Assembly: GCA_963762565.1 (NCBI GenBank) | Contig: CAVXLD010000003.1 | Coordinates: forward strand, 128,001-192,000 | Origin: an uncultured Verrucomicrobiae bacterium | Lineage (GTDB): Bacteria; Verrucomicrobiota; Verrucomicrobiia; Chthoniobacterales; JAFAMB01 | Reading direction: 5' to 3' | Length of the DNA: 64,000 bases | Shown: positions 11,687-21,284 of the stretch, piece by piece | How the letters are laid out: each line of letters begins with the position of its first letter | How positions within the stretch are numbered: the first letter of the stretch is position 1 | Position numbers and translations under genes: made by a program | The notes under the pieces: model-generated | The model's database searches: none | What the model saw: only the letters and a program-made list of their open reading frames with translations | Told to the model about the DNA's origin: nothing

Positions 11687-12217
11687 ATGCCGAACATGGA
11701 GATCCTTCTCACTTGTACCGTCTCTCTCCTGGCCGCGATTGTTGGCGGATGGATTGCCGGAAGATACGCCCTTCGCGCACAGAACCAAGCGGCAGAACAT
11801 CAGCGCCGGAGAGATCTAGAGGGGGAGCGTCGGGCGGTTAACAGCATCCTTCAGGCGATCGGAACCGAACTAACCGTCCTAAAGCACGACTTCTTAGACA
11901 GATTGCAGCAAGCCGACGACGCGCAAGAGTTGGCTTTTCAGATTCGCGGACCGTTATCGAGGAATTATTTCGCCGTTTTCGAATCGAATGCTGCGATGCT
12001 TGGAAAAATCGAGGACCGAGTTTTGCGGGAGAACATTATCCGTACGTACGGGTCTGCCAAAAGGCTATTTGACCATTTAAACTACTATTCCCGACAAAGT
12101 GATACCGGAGAAAACGCCAAACTGGAGGAGTTAGAGCAGAAGATAAGAGTTCAGATTGCAGCGATTCAAACAATGGTATCGGACGTGCAGAAAATGACCC
12201 TAAAATATCCCGTTTAA
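11687..12217 (+). CDS. Hypothetical protein, N-terminal membrane anchor plus helical domain
   Basis: 176-aa ORF; hydrophobic LLAAIVGGWIAG segment; no family recognised. Confidence 0.7.
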   Translation: MPNMEILLTCTVSLLAAIVGGWIAGRYALRAQNQAAEHQRRRDLEGERRAVNSILQAIGTELTVLKHDFLDRLQQADDAQELAFQIRGPLSRNYFAVFESNAAMLGKIEDRVLRENIIRTYGSAKRLFDHLNYYSRQSDTGENAKLEELEQKIRVQIAAIQTMVSDVQKMTLKYPV

Positions 12218-12268
12218 GAAAACCGGCGTCATACCCGTTCCCAAAGGGAATTGCGTTCCCAGAGGGAA

Positions 12269-12595
12269 TTAATGTCTTCTGGGGAGGCCTTCGCCTTCAA
12301 AGGGATACCCGCCGTCTTCCCAATCCGCGATGCCTCCCGGATAGTGCAACACATTTTTGAAACCGTGTTCGACGAACTGGTGATAGACCAGAACGCTGGC
12401 TGTGCAACCAGGGTTGGAGCAGTAGACGATCAGTTCCACCTTCGGGTTGAGCGTCTGAAAAAACGCTTTTTCGAACCGAATCGAACCCGGGATTCGCTTT
12501 TCGCGAAACATCCACTCGTCCAGACAATTCACCAGCGTGAATTCGTCTCTTCGGTCGATCTTCTGCTTCAGCTCCTCGCGATTGATGGTATTCAT
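12269..12595 (-). CDS. Rhodanese-like domain protein
   Basis: INREELK...RIPGS...IVYCSNPGC..S...YPGGIADW; RBS caggag upstream of the ATG at 12595. Confidence 0.88.
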   Translation of the reverse strand: MNTINREELKQKIDRRDEFTLVNCLDEWMFREKRIPGSIRFEKAFFQTLNPKVELIVYCSNPGCTASVLVYHQFVEHGFKNVLHYPGGIADWEDGGYPFEGEGLPRRH

Positions 12596-12650
12596 AGGCC
12601 TAATCTCCTGTCCCATTAATAGCATCGCTTTCGTTGCGATCAAAATGGGC

Positions 12651-12771
12651 GGTAGGGCGAGGCTCCCGTACGACCTTGAACTCTCTGCAGGGGAAATGAC
12701 CTGGCCGAATCCCAAGGTGTGCGACCGTTCTTCGCGTGCCGAGCCGTGGGTTGCGCCACCCGCGGCTCGGC
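12651..12771. repeat. GTAG-type REP (family B), partial
   Basis: GGTAGGGCGAGGCTCCCG plus an internal gccgagccg..cggctcggc hairpin. Confidence 0.7.
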
Positions 12772-12850
12772 AGCCTAGTTTTCAATATTGTGTATTCCCC
12801 TAATGCACATTAATAATCGCGCTTCAGACTGTTAATCTTTGCTTCAAAGA

Positions 12851-13861
12851 ATGAAAGACGCGCGCTCCACGCTGACGAACTACCTGGTAAATAAAGAAGA
12901 CTCTCGGGTGCGGCCCTTCAGGTCCGGGGTAGGGAGAAAAATCGGTCGGCGAGAAAGACGCATTCGCGGTTGGTTCGCCACCTGCGCTTTGTTTCTGCTC
13001 TGCTGGGGCGTTCCGGTTCACGCGGGATGGCTAAAACCGGACATCGATTACTCGAATTACCAAACACCCTTGGCGGATCAGGTCGTGAACCGGATTAGGG
13101 CCAAGATCTTAGCTCGCCTGGGACCGGGAGAGAGCCGGCAAGACCGCTATTTCATCATTCCTTTCGCTTACCAGGACAGAAACCATAGGCCCGACTCTTC
13201 GCACTCCTTCATCTCGGTGATCCGCGTGTTCGCCGATCAAAAGGAACCCAAGTACACCCCGGGATTAAGACGAGGGAAGGATACGAACCGAAAATTTGAG
13301 GCATTTACCATTAGCTGGGTACCGCACGATTTCCTCACGAATACGCACCTCTGCGTGTTCGATCGACTTGGCAGCCGCATCTTTCCGAGCCTGGAGACAT
13401 GTTCGCCCGTCGCCGGAAGAAACTGCAACCTGTTTGAGACACTAAAGCTAGCGGTGAACGAGAAAGTTGCAGTGGGAATGTGGGGACCTTACGAGATCAA
13501 GAAAGTGGGGTTTGATCTTGGAGTGAGAAGGAAACAGCTGCTCGACGAAGGAAAAATCCGCTATATAGCCGATGACCGTCTTTACCGTAAGGACGGGGTG
13601 GCCATCAATTGTTTCCATGCGATGGGGAACCTGGAACAGCTTTATCCTAATGGCGGATTTTTAGGTTCAGGTTGGCAGATGTGGGGGATTGATGGGACAG
13701 CTAGAATTCTGATCGAGTATACTAAGGCTGCTCGTTACACTGGCCTGATTCTCGAGCCGGTCGATTATAAGAAAGATCTCTACGGATTCGTGTACGCACC
13801 AGCACCCAATAGCTTTGGTGTTTATAATCCGTTCCGCAACGCCACTGCGTATCATGATTAG
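12851..13861 (+). CDS. Hypothetical secreted protein, possible permuted papain-like fold
   Basis: Signal-like LFLLCWGVPVHA; SHSF ... AINCFHA. Confidence 0.7.
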   Translation: MKDARSTLTNYLVNKEDSRVRPFRSGVGRKIGRRERRIRGWFATCALFLLCWGVPVHAGWLKPDIDYSNYQTPLADQVVNRIRAKILARLGPGESRQDRYFIIPFAYQDRNHRPDSSHSFISVIRVFADQKEPKYTPGLRRGKDTNRKFEAFTISWVPHDFLTNTHLCVFDRLGSRIFPSLETCSPVAGRNCNLFETLKLAVNEKVAVGMWGPYEIKKVGFDLGVRRKQLLDEGKIRYIADDRLYRKDGVAINCFHAMGNLEQLYPNGGFLGSGWQMWGIDGTARILIEYTKAARYTGLILEPVDYKKDLYGFVYAPAPNSFGVYNPFRNATAYHD

Positions 13862-13938
13862 TTCGTGTCCAGGAGGGACGATAGGATAGTAGCGACTCGA
13901 GTGTGGAGCTAGCACCTGGCAGACGCGCACCCAGGGGT

Positions 13939-14100
13939 TCGTTCTCGTTCTTTCGTCGTCGTCCTCGATGAGCGTGTGAGCAGTATCGATGTCGCAAACC
14001 CAGGCGTGTTCGCGAAGATTGCATCGCAGGCAATTCGAAAACGTTCGGAGAAAACGCTCGCTCATCGAGGACGAGGACGACGACGAGGACGAGAACGATT
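13939..14100. repeat. Family E inverted pair
   Basis: cgttctcgttctttcgtcgtcgtcctcgatgagcg ... cgctcatcgaggacgaggacgacgacgaggacgagaacg. Confidence 0.8.
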
Positions 14101-14144
14101 CCGGCCAAAACGCCCGTCCTAGCTCCTAGATTCTAGCTCCACTG

Positions 14145-15320
14145 TCAGTCCTCCCAGGGAAGGCCAACATAATTTTCGGCCAACGCGGTGGCTGCGGCAG
14201 AGGACGTTGTCAGATAATCTAACTCTGCTAACTGGCGTTTATATTCGAACGCATCATTATGATCGAACCGGTGCATCAGGCTGGTCATCCACCAGGAAAA
14301 CCTCTGTGCTTTCCATACTCTTCGCAGACAACGGTTAGAATAGGAATCCAATAGAGAGCTCTGGCCTTTTTGGTAGAAACTGACCAGAGCTCGGGCTAAC
14401 AACCAAACATCACCGACGGCAAGATTCATACCCTTAGCGCCGGTGGGCGGAACTACATGAGCGGCATCGCCCGCCAGAAATAAACGGCCGTATTGCATCG
14501 GTTCGGCAACAAAGCTTCTCATCGGGGTCACACTCTTCTGAAGAATCGCTCCGCGCCGGACGCGTTTGTCTCCGGGAAACGCGAGGCGCTTTTCGAGGTT
14601 CTCCCAGATCCGGTCATCGGACCACAGCGATAAATCTTCATCCGGGCGGCACTGAAGGTAAAGCCGGGTAATTTTCGGCGATCGCATGCTGAAAAGCGAA
14701 AACCCGTCCTCATGATTTGCGTAGATCAGTTCTTCCCAGCTCGGCGCCGCTTCCGCCAATATGCCCAACCAGGCAAACGGATAAGTCTTCTCAAAGAAGG
14801 TTAGTGTCCCGTGCGGAACTGCTGTTCGCGACACGCCGTGAAACCCATCGCAACCGGCGATCCAATCACAAGTGATCTCCTGGTTCTGTCCTTGATAACG
14901 AAAACTGACTCTGGGTTGGTTGGTCGCGGTCCCGTGGAGAGCAACCTCCGTCACCTCGAAGAAAATCTGGCCGCCGCGACTAATGCGGGCTGCGATCAGA
15001 TCTTTTACCACTTCGTGTTGCCCGTAAACCATGATTGCCTTCCCCGTAAGACTCGTGAAATCAATCCGGTGAAGCCGACCGGAAAACCCCAGGTTAATTC
15101 CTCCATGCGGCATCGCTTCTTTTTTCATTCGGTCTCCAATCCCACAGTCAGACAGGAGCTGCGCTGTCCCATGCTCGAGCACACCCGCCCGGATGCGCGA
15201 CTCAACGTACGAGCGGCTTTTATCTTCCAAGACGATCGATTCTACGTTCTCCAGCGAAAGCAGGTGGGAGAGTAGTAGTCCTGCAGGTCCGGCTCCAATG
15301 ATCGCGACTTGTGTGCGCAT
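14145..15320 (-). CDS. pobA: 4-hydroxybenzoate 3-monooxygenase
   Basis: MRTQVAIIGAGPAG, RIRAGVLE, GCDGFHG, GDAAHVVPPTGAKGMNLA, LAENYVGLP. Confidence 0.97.
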   Translation of the reverse strand: MRTQVAIIGAGPAGLLLSHLLSLENVESIVLEDKSRSYVESRIRAGVLEHGTAQLLSDCGIGDRMKKEAMPHGGINLGFSGRLHRIDFTSLTGKAIMVYGQHEVVKDLIAARISRGGQIFFEVTEVALHGTATNQPRVSFRYQGQNQEITCDWIAGCDGFHGVSRTAVPHGTLTFFEKTYPFAWLGILAEAAPSWEELIYANHEDGFSLFSMRSPKITRLYLQCRPDEDLSLWSDDRIWENLEKRLAFPGDKRVRRGAILQKSVTPMRSFVAEPMQYGRLFLAGDAAHVVPPTGAKGMNLAVGDVWLLARALVSFYQKGQSSLLDSYSNRCLRRVWKAQRFSWWMTSLMHRFDHNDAFEYKRQLAELDYLTTSSAAATALAENYVGLPWED

Positions 15321-15325
15321 ACGCC

Positions 15326-15460
15326 AGCTCGCCTGAGGCTCGCTGCCGAAATAGCAAATAGCAAATAGCAGATAGCAAAAGAGGCGCCCGAACTATCGGG
15401 CGCTGGTTGGCGGATCAATTTGCTATTTGCTATCTGCTATTTGCTATTCGGGGACGAGCT
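15326..15460. repeat. Inverted (TAGCAAA)n foldback element
   Basis: Same architecture as 1833-1967. Confidence 0.8.
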
Positions 15461-15494
15461 TCGGGTAAGTAGTGAAACATGTTATCAGTAGGTA

Positions 15495-15905
15495 TTATCT
15501 AGAGTCTGGCGCCGCCGAGTCGGTCGGACCCAATCTCTCTGCGATCACTTCTTCAGCAGCGTGAATTGCTGCGTTCGCGCCGGGTAACCCGCAATAGATG
15601 CCGGCGTGAAGCAGAAGTTCGCGGATTTCTTCAACGATTACCCCGTTATTTAGGGCCGCTCGAATATGCATCCGAAACTCTGGTTCGCGATTAAGAGCCA
15701 CTAACATTGCGAGCGTGATCAGGCTGCGTTCGCGGCGAGTTAACCCTGGCCTTTCCCAGATCTCGCCCCAGGCATACCGGGTAATAAACTCCTGGAACGG
15801 CCGGTTAAAGTCGGTCAGTTTCGCGTCCGCACGCCGAACATGCTCATTTCCGAGAACCGCGCGCCTGGTCTTTCGGCCTTGGTTGTAACGCTTTTTTTCG
15901 TCCAC
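15495..15905 (-). CDS. pcaC: 4-carboxymuconolactone decarboxylase
   Basis: RRAVLG..HV, FITRYAWGEIW.RPGL, RSLITLAML, YCGLP. Confidence 0.95.
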   Translation of the reverse strand: MDEKKRYNQGRKTRRAVLGNEHVRRADAKLTDFNRPFQEFITRYAWGEIWERPGLTRRERSLITLAMLVALNREPEFRMHIRAALNNGVIVEEIRELLLHAGIYCGLPGANAAIHAAEEVIAERLGPTDSAAPDSR

Positions 15906-15955
15906 GTTAATGATCCTTCAATAGAAAATCCAAGACGGCGCTGGCGAAGCCACGG

Positions 15956-17323
15956 TTATGCATGCTTCTTCTCCGGATCGGGTCGCTGGGACGTTAGGCG
16001 CAACACCCGGTTAATAAACTCATCCGCAGCGCCAAGCGCGTTCTCGGGAAGAAAGATCCGGTCAAGTGAATTTTGATCCAGCCATTTGGTGATGCTCGGA
16101 TCCTGTACCAGGACCTCATGCAAATGCAGCTCTTTCTGCTTGGCGCGTTGGCAGGCCAGCTTGATCACGCGATCGGCTTCCGGTTTGCCGACATACTGCG
16201 CCAGGCGAACCGAAACGTCTTCAGCATAAACCAACCCGTGCGTCGCATCGATATTCTCGCGCATTCGAGCTGCATCAATTTTTAAGCCGGAGAAAAGAGC
16301 ATTCGCATTTTGAACAGCTCCGCCGGTTAAACGGAGCATTTCGGTCAGCGGCCCCCATTCGCTATGCCAATGACCAACGGCTCGTTCATGTTCCTGCACC
16401 ATCGAAGCCGCCATCGTAGCCAGCAGCCCTGGAATCCGGGTGCAGGCGGCGATGATCATTGTCGGCGCGATCGGATTTCTCTTGTGCGGCATGGCTGAAG
16501 AACCGCCCTTGCCCTCGCCGCCTTCTTCAACTAACTCGCCGACCTCGGTCTGCATCAACAGCGCGGCGTCCATTGCAATCTTGTTCAGGCAGCCGGCCAG
16601 CATAGCCAGGCTCGCTGCAATCTCGAGTAACCGATCACGGGCTGTGTGCCATGTGATGACGGGTTCGGCCAGTCCCAAGCGTTCCGCCAGTCTGGTCAAC
16701 ACCGCTAACCCTCGGTCCCCGCTCGCGGCCAGCGTACCTACGGCGCCGCCGAACTGTAGAACTGTCGCAGACGTGCGCGCTCGCCTGAGATGTTGTCTGC
16801 AGCGGATCAGCTGATCGAGCCAGCCGGCGACTTTGAATCCAAAAGAAATTGGGCGGGCCTGCTGGAGCAGGGTCCGGCCTATCATCACGGTTCCCCGGTG
16901 TTCGCCTGCGAGGCCCGCCAGCCGGTCCTGCAAACGGCCCAAACCATTGTCTAACACGAACAGTGCCGCCTTGAGCTGCAGCATCTCTGCGCTGTCGATG
17001 ACATCTTGACTGGTGGCTCCAGCGTGCACATGATGTGCCGCTGCTCCACCGGTTTCGCCAGTTTCGCGCACCAGGGCGGTTAATTCTTTCACCAGGGGAA
17101 TGGCGGGGTTACCTGCATTTTTGGCTGCGGCGATAATCTTTTGTTGGTCGATTCGGGCCTCGTCGCATACGCGGGTGATCAGACTTGCTTGCTCAGCAGG
17201 AATCAATCTAACGTCCGCCTGCGCCTGAGCGAGAGCCGCTTCGAACCGCAACATCGCTCGGATGATCGCTTCATCCGTCAAGAGCGCCTCGATTTCGGAG
17301 TCCGTGAATAGTTGATCGAACAT
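15956..17323 (-). CDS. pcaB: 3-carboxy-cis,cis-muconate cycloisomerase
   Basis: GATSQD, GRTLLQ, GGSSAMPHKRNP fumarase-family signature; pca context. Confidence 0.95.
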   Translation of the reverse strand: MFDQLFTDSEIEALLTDEAIIRAMLRFEAALAQAQADVRLIPAEQASLITRVCDEARIDQQKIIAAAKNAGNPAIPLVKELTALVRETGETGGAAAHHVHAGATSQDVIDSAEMLQLKAALFVLDNGLGRLQDRLAGLAGEHRGTVMIGRTLLQQARPISFGFKVAGWLDQLIRCRQHLRRARTSATVLQFGGAVGTLAASGDRGLAVLTRLAERLGLAEPVITWHTARDRLLEIAASLAMLAGCLNKIAMDAALLMQTEVGELVEEGGEGKGGSSAMPHKRNPIAPTMIIAACTRIPGLLATMAASMVQEHERAVGHWHSEWGPLTEMLRLTGGAVQNANALFSGLKIDAARMRENIDATHGLVYAEDVSVRLAQYVGKPEADRVIKLACQRAKQKELHLHEVLVQDPSITKWLDQNSLDRIFLPENALGAADEFINRVLRLTSQRPDPEKKHA

Positions 17324-17341
17324 AACGGCCGTGAAAGGCTC

Positions 17342-17935
17342 TCAGAAATCGAAGAAGACGGTTTCACCCGGGCCCTGCAGAATCACGTTCCACACGTAGG
17401 AGTTCGGATCGGAAACTTCGGGTCGAGCAAAAAGGGTGGAGCGGCGTGCTGGCTCGATCAATTTCACTATTTCATCGGTGTTATTCCGCTCGTCTCCCAG
17501 GAAATAAATCCGCGTAACTAAGCGATCGAGTAATCCCCGCATAAAGATCGACACATTGATATGGGGTGCTTGTGGGACCCCGGTCGACGAAGGCACCGGA
17601 CCCGGTTTAACGGTGCGGAATATGAAAGTTCCATCCGGGTCTGTTGGACACCGGCCGAAGCCGCTGAACCCTGGTTCGAGCGGTTTATCCTGCTCGTCTT
17701 CCGGGTGAACATATTTTCCGAAACTGTTCGCCTGCCAAATCTCAATCACTGCATCCGGCACGGGCAATCGATCCGCATCCAGGATCCGGCCCTGCACTGT
17801 GATGATGGTCCCGGCTACACCAGGAACTGTGAGGTCAGTCTGGTAAAGATCCTCAAAACCAATCTCGAAGAATGGACCGACTGTTTGCGAGGCTGCGAGT
17901 AGCAGTAGTGCATTGCCCGGAGCGCGATCGGTCAT
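17342..17935 (-). CDS. pcaG: Protocatechuate 3,4-dioxygenase alpha subunit
   Basis: SQTVGPFF, EIWQAN, QAPHINV...RG, ETVFFDF. Confidence 0.95.
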   Translation of the reverse strand: MTDRAPGNALLLLAASQTVGPFFEIGFEDLYQTDLTVPGVAGTIITVQGRILDADRLPVPDAVIEIWQANSFGKYVHPEDEQDKPLEPGFSGFGRCPTDPDGTFIFRTVKPGPVPSSTGVPQAPHINVSIFMRGLLDRLVTRIYFLGDERNNTDEIVKLIEPARRSTLFARPEVSDPNSYVWNVILQGPGETVFFDF

Positions 17936-18642
17936 GGGCGGTTCTCCATCGGAGTGGCAAGTCGACCCCGCAATACGATGTCAAATTTGAAACTGAGCGC
18001 CTGCTCCGGGATGGTGGTCTGCCAGTCAAAGACCGAGATTAACCGTTGCCGGGCGGCTTCGTCGCGGATGCCGTTGAAAATTGGATCGAAAGGAATCAGC
18101 GAATCCCCCGGAAAATACATCTGGGTTACAAGGCGGGTAGCGAAAGCGGGACCAAACAACGAAAAATGAATATGAGCCGGACGCCATGCATTCGGATGAT
18201 TCCGCCACGGGTACGCGCCTGGCTTAATGGTAAAAAACTGATAGCGGCCTTCGTCATCCGTGATGAGCTGCCCTTTGCCGATAAAATTTGGGTCCAGCGG
18301 CGCGTCATGCTGATCGACGCGGTGCCGGTAGCGTCCGGCTGAATTGGCCTGCCAGATTTCAAGCAGCGTATGGGGGAGTGGTCTCCCGTCTTCATCGAGG
18401 ACTCTGCCCGAGACCAGGATCTTCTGTCCCAGAGGAGGGGCATCGCCGTGCAGGGTTAAATCGGCGCCAGCCTTAAGCTGATGCGCTTGGAAGCGCGGAC
18501 CGGTGACCTCCGAAAGAGTCTGCGGGATAGGTACCAGCGGCTGGCTGGGCGCACGTTTAACCGAAGAGATATAATCCGGGTGGAGATGGGGTGGGTGAAC
18601 GCCGAGAACAGGTTTTCGATAGGGACGAAGCGGGGTAAACAT
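17932..18642 (-). CDS. pcaH: Protocatechuate 3,4-dioxygenase beta subunit
   Basis: GRYRH, PGAYPWRNH, WRPAHIHFS Fe ligands; 4-bp overlap with pcaG. Confidence 0.97.
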   Translation of the reverse strand: MFTPLRPYRKPVLGVHPPHLHPDYISSVKRAPSQPLVPIPQTLSEVTGPRFQAHQLKAGADLTLHGDAPPLGQKILVSGRVLDEDGRPLPHTLLEIWQANSAGRYRHRVDQHDAPLDPNFIGKGQLITDDEGRYQFFTIKPGAYPWRNHPNAWRPAHIHFSLFGPAFATRLVTQMYFPGDSLIPFDPIFNGIRDEAARQRLISVFDWQTTIPEQALSFKFDIVLRGRLATPMENRP

Positions 18643-18658
18643 GGTCGTAAGCTCGGAT

Positions 18659-18673
18659 GTTCGTTAAACGAAC
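18659..18673. promoter_or_regulatory. PcaR/PobR-type operator upstream of pcaH
   Basis: GTTCGTTAAACGAAC (GTTCG-N5-CGAAC). Confidence 0.8.
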
Positions 18674-18793
18674 GCCTGTACGATAGCCGCCAAACAGGCT
18701 GCGGCGTTCTCTCCTACCTGTCAAACGCGAAATATCGCATACCAATCTGCCTGTGCAGTAGATAATGCACAGGAAATGATCGGCCCAAGATCC

Positions 18794-18974
18794 GGGAGGG
18801 CGCGTGTCCCCGCGCGCTGGGAAGGCGGTGCAACAGATGAGGCGTCGATTAACCCTGGGTTTGGGAGACGCCGGGCTTCGCGAACGGCGGATCGCGAGGA
18901 TCCGCCGTCGCCTAGATTGCGTCCCATTATTTCCCTGTTCGTGCAGGCTATGGCGGACAGGCAGCGATCCCTCC
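18794..18974 (+). repeat. Family A element with nested family C insertion
   Basis: Right REP split: gatcgcgagga[tccgccgtcgcc...ggctatggcggacaggca]gcgatccctcc. Confidence 0.85.
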
Positions 18975-18990
18975 ACGATGGCCGACTACC

Positions 18991-19821
18991 TCAACCAAGA
19001 TGGCCGAGACAGGAAGAAATATTCTTGGCGGCTCTCTGTAGAATCGGCAGGAATTGCTGCAAGAGTTCGGTTTTAGACGTACGCGGCGCCTGAGTGCCAA
19101 TATTGATCGCAGCCACCGCTTTGCCGCCTCTGGAAAAAATCGGTACCGCTAACGAACGCAGGCCTATTTCCAATTCCTGGTCCACTAACGCGTATCCCTG
19201 GCGGGCAACAGTCTTCAACTCTTTGCGCAGCAGCTCGGGCTGGCAAATGGTCCGTTCAGTGAACCGGCTGAGGACGGCGATTTTGAAATAGTGTTCGAGC
19301 GCTTCCGGCGGCAAGTTAGCCAATAGAGCTCTGCCCATAGAGGTACAGAACGCGGGCAGCCGGCTGCCAATGCCTATGGATACAGACATGATGCGCCGCG
19401 TTTGGACCCGAGCGACGTAGACAATGTCCTGGCCATCCAAAACCGATGCCGAGGATGATTCTTTCGTCTCGTGGGTGACTTCTTCGAGGAAACGCTCCGC
19501 GATCTTGGGCAATGAAAACGAGGAAAGATAAGCGAACCCAAGATCGAGAATCTTAGCGGTGAGTCGAAAATATTTTCCATCGGTGGTGACATATCCTAGT
19601 TGCACCAGCGTGTATAAGAAGCGCCGGACGACAGCGCGCGCCAAGCCGGTTCTCTCTGCGACTTCGCTCAAGGTCAACGCGTCCGGATCACGCAGGCTAG
19701 ATCGAGCCTGCGGTTTGAGGTCTTGGACACCGAACGCTTTGATGATTTCAATTCCTCTAGCCAGTGAAACGACAAAATCGGGGGTAGCAGCAAAGGATGG
19801 AGGAGAGGTCTGCTTGGGCAC
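18991..19821 (-). CDS. pcaR: IclR family regulator of the beta-ketoadipate pathway
   Basis: FVVSLARG, LSEVAERTGLARAVVRRFL, GSRLPAFCTSMGR, DQELEIGLRS. Confidence 0.92.
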   Translation of the reverse strand: MPKQTSPPSFAATPDFVVSLARGIEIIKAFGVQDLKPQARSSLRDPDALTLSEVAERTGLARAVVRRFLYTLVQLGYVTTDGKYFRLTAKILDLGFAYLSSFSLPKIAERFLEEVTHETKESSSASVLDGQDIVYVARVQTRRIMSVSIGIGSRLPAFCTSMGRALLANLPPEALEHYFKIAVLSRFTERTICQPELLRKELKTVARQGYALVDQELEIGLRSLAVPIFSRGGKAVAAINIGTQAPRTSKTELLQQFLPILQRAAKNISSCLGHLG

Positions 19822-19866
19822 GTATCTAGAGGTTGTTCTGGATCCCGTAGACCGAGCGGCCGGGCC

Positions 19867-19881
19867 GTTCGGTATTCGAAC
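19867..19881. promoter_or_regulatory. PcaR-type operator upstream of pcaR
   Basis: GTTCGGTATTCGAAC. Confidence 0.75.
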
Positions 19882-19994
19882 TTAGGAACCCCTTTTTCTT
19901 AGTTGAACCGGGGGCTCGGAGCAATCGAAAAGCGAGGTCTCCTGGCGCCTTGGCTTGACAACCTGGGCGGCCCGAATACGATTTTCGGACAACT

Positions 19995-20009
19995 GTTCGT
20001 TATACGAAC
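19995..20009. promoter_or_regulatory. PcaR-type operator upstream of pcaI
   Basis: GTTCGTTATACGAAC, downstream of a TTGACA at about 19955. Confidence 0.8.
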
Positions 20010-20018
20010 GGTAGCGGC

Positions 20019-20173
20019 ACAGAAAATTTCTTACAGAAGCTAACGAAGCAAACAAAGGGCTAAGGTGACAGGTTTCTGCGCCACTTTTGACCTCTTTCCT
20101 TCGTTATCTTCGTTACCTTCTGTAGAGAACCTCTGTCTTGTGGCCTTTGTGATCTTCTGTAAAAAAGATTCTT
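20019..20173. repeat. About 155-bp direct repeat, copy 1 (internal foldback)
   Basis: Near-identical to 21124-21279. Confidence 0.85.
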
Positions 20174-20271
20174 GGGACGCAAATGCCGACCCGCAAGCAT
20201 CGACCTGCTTATGACGAAGCCCCATTTTCCGCACCCAATCTCAAGTGGGCGTTACTCATCTCCTGAGTACC

Positions 20272-21093
20272 ATGGCTAAAATCCTCCCACTGGCCGACGC
20301 GGTCGCGGAACTAGTCAACGACGGCGATCGGGTGGCTTGCGAAGGATTCACCCACCTAATTCCGTTCACAGCCGGACACGAAATCATCCGGCAACAGAAA
20401 AAGAACCTGACCCTGGTCCGTCTGACACCGGACCTCATTTACGATCAAATGATTGGGATGGGGATTGCAGCCAAATTGGTGTTCTCCTGGGGAGGTAATC
20501 CGGGCGTGGGTTCTCTTCACCGCCTGCGCGACGCGGTAGAACAACAATGGCCGGCAAAGCTTGAGATCGAAGAGTTCAGCCATGCCGGCATGGTACAAGC
20601 CTACAGTGCCGGTGCGGCCGGTTTACCTTTTGGAATTCTCCGCGGATTTACCGGAACGGATCTACCTAAAGTGAATCCGAAGATTAAGTCTATCACCTGT
20701 CCCTTTACTGGTGAGATCCTGGCAGCGGTTCCTGCCATTAGGCCCGACGTTGCCGTGATCCATGCTCAAAAGGCCGATCGGGAAGGCAACGTCCTGATCT
20801 GGGGAATTATCGGAGTGCAGAAAGAAGTCGTGCTCGCTTCCAAACGCGCGATCGTGACTGTCGAAGAAATTGTTGACCGGCTTGAGCCGCCTCCAAACGC
20901 CTGCGTATTACCGAGTTGGGTGGTCTCGGCGGTTTGTTTGGCTCCAGGAGGAGCGTATCCGTCGTACGCGCAAGGTTATTACGAGCGGGACAACCGCTTT
21001 TATCAAGCGTGGGATGAGATCAGCAGGTCACGCGAAGAATTTCTGAGCTGGATGAAGCTCAACGTCCTGGCAGGTTCCGCAACACCCAAATAA
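20272..21093 (+). CDS. pcaI: 3-oxoadipate CoA-transferase subunit A (CatI/GctA-like)
   Basis: EGFTHLIP..AGHEIIRQ, FSWGGNPGVGSLHR; pca context. Confidence 0.88.
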   Translation: MAKILPLADAVAELVNDGDRVACEGFTHLIPFTAGHEIIRQQKKNLTLVRLTPDLIYDQMIGMGIAAKLVFSWGGNPGVGSLHRLRDAVEQQWPAKLEIEEFSHAGMVQAYSAGAAGLPFGILRGFTGTDLPKVNPKIKSITCPFTGEILAAVPAIRPDVAVIHAQKADREGNVLIWGIIGVQKEVVLASKRAIVTVEEIVDRLEPPPNACVLPSWVVSAVCLAPGGAYPSYAQGYYERDNRFYQAWDEISRSREEFLSWMKLNVLAGSATPK

Positions 21094-21123
21094 AGCACAC
21101 ACAAACCACAGAAGGGCACAAAG

Positions 21124-21279
21124 ACAGAAAATTTTTCACAGAAGCTAACGAAGCAAACGAAGGACTGAGGCGAGAGGTTTCTGTGCCACTTTTGACCTCT
21201 TTCCTTCGTTATCTTAGTTACCTTCTGTAAAGAACCTCTGTCTTTGTGGCCTTTGTGATCTTCTGTAAGAAAGATTCTT
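21124..21279. repeat. About 155-bp direct repeat, copy 2
   Basis: Near-identical to 20019-20173. Confidence 0.85.
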
Positions 21280-21284
21280 AGGAG

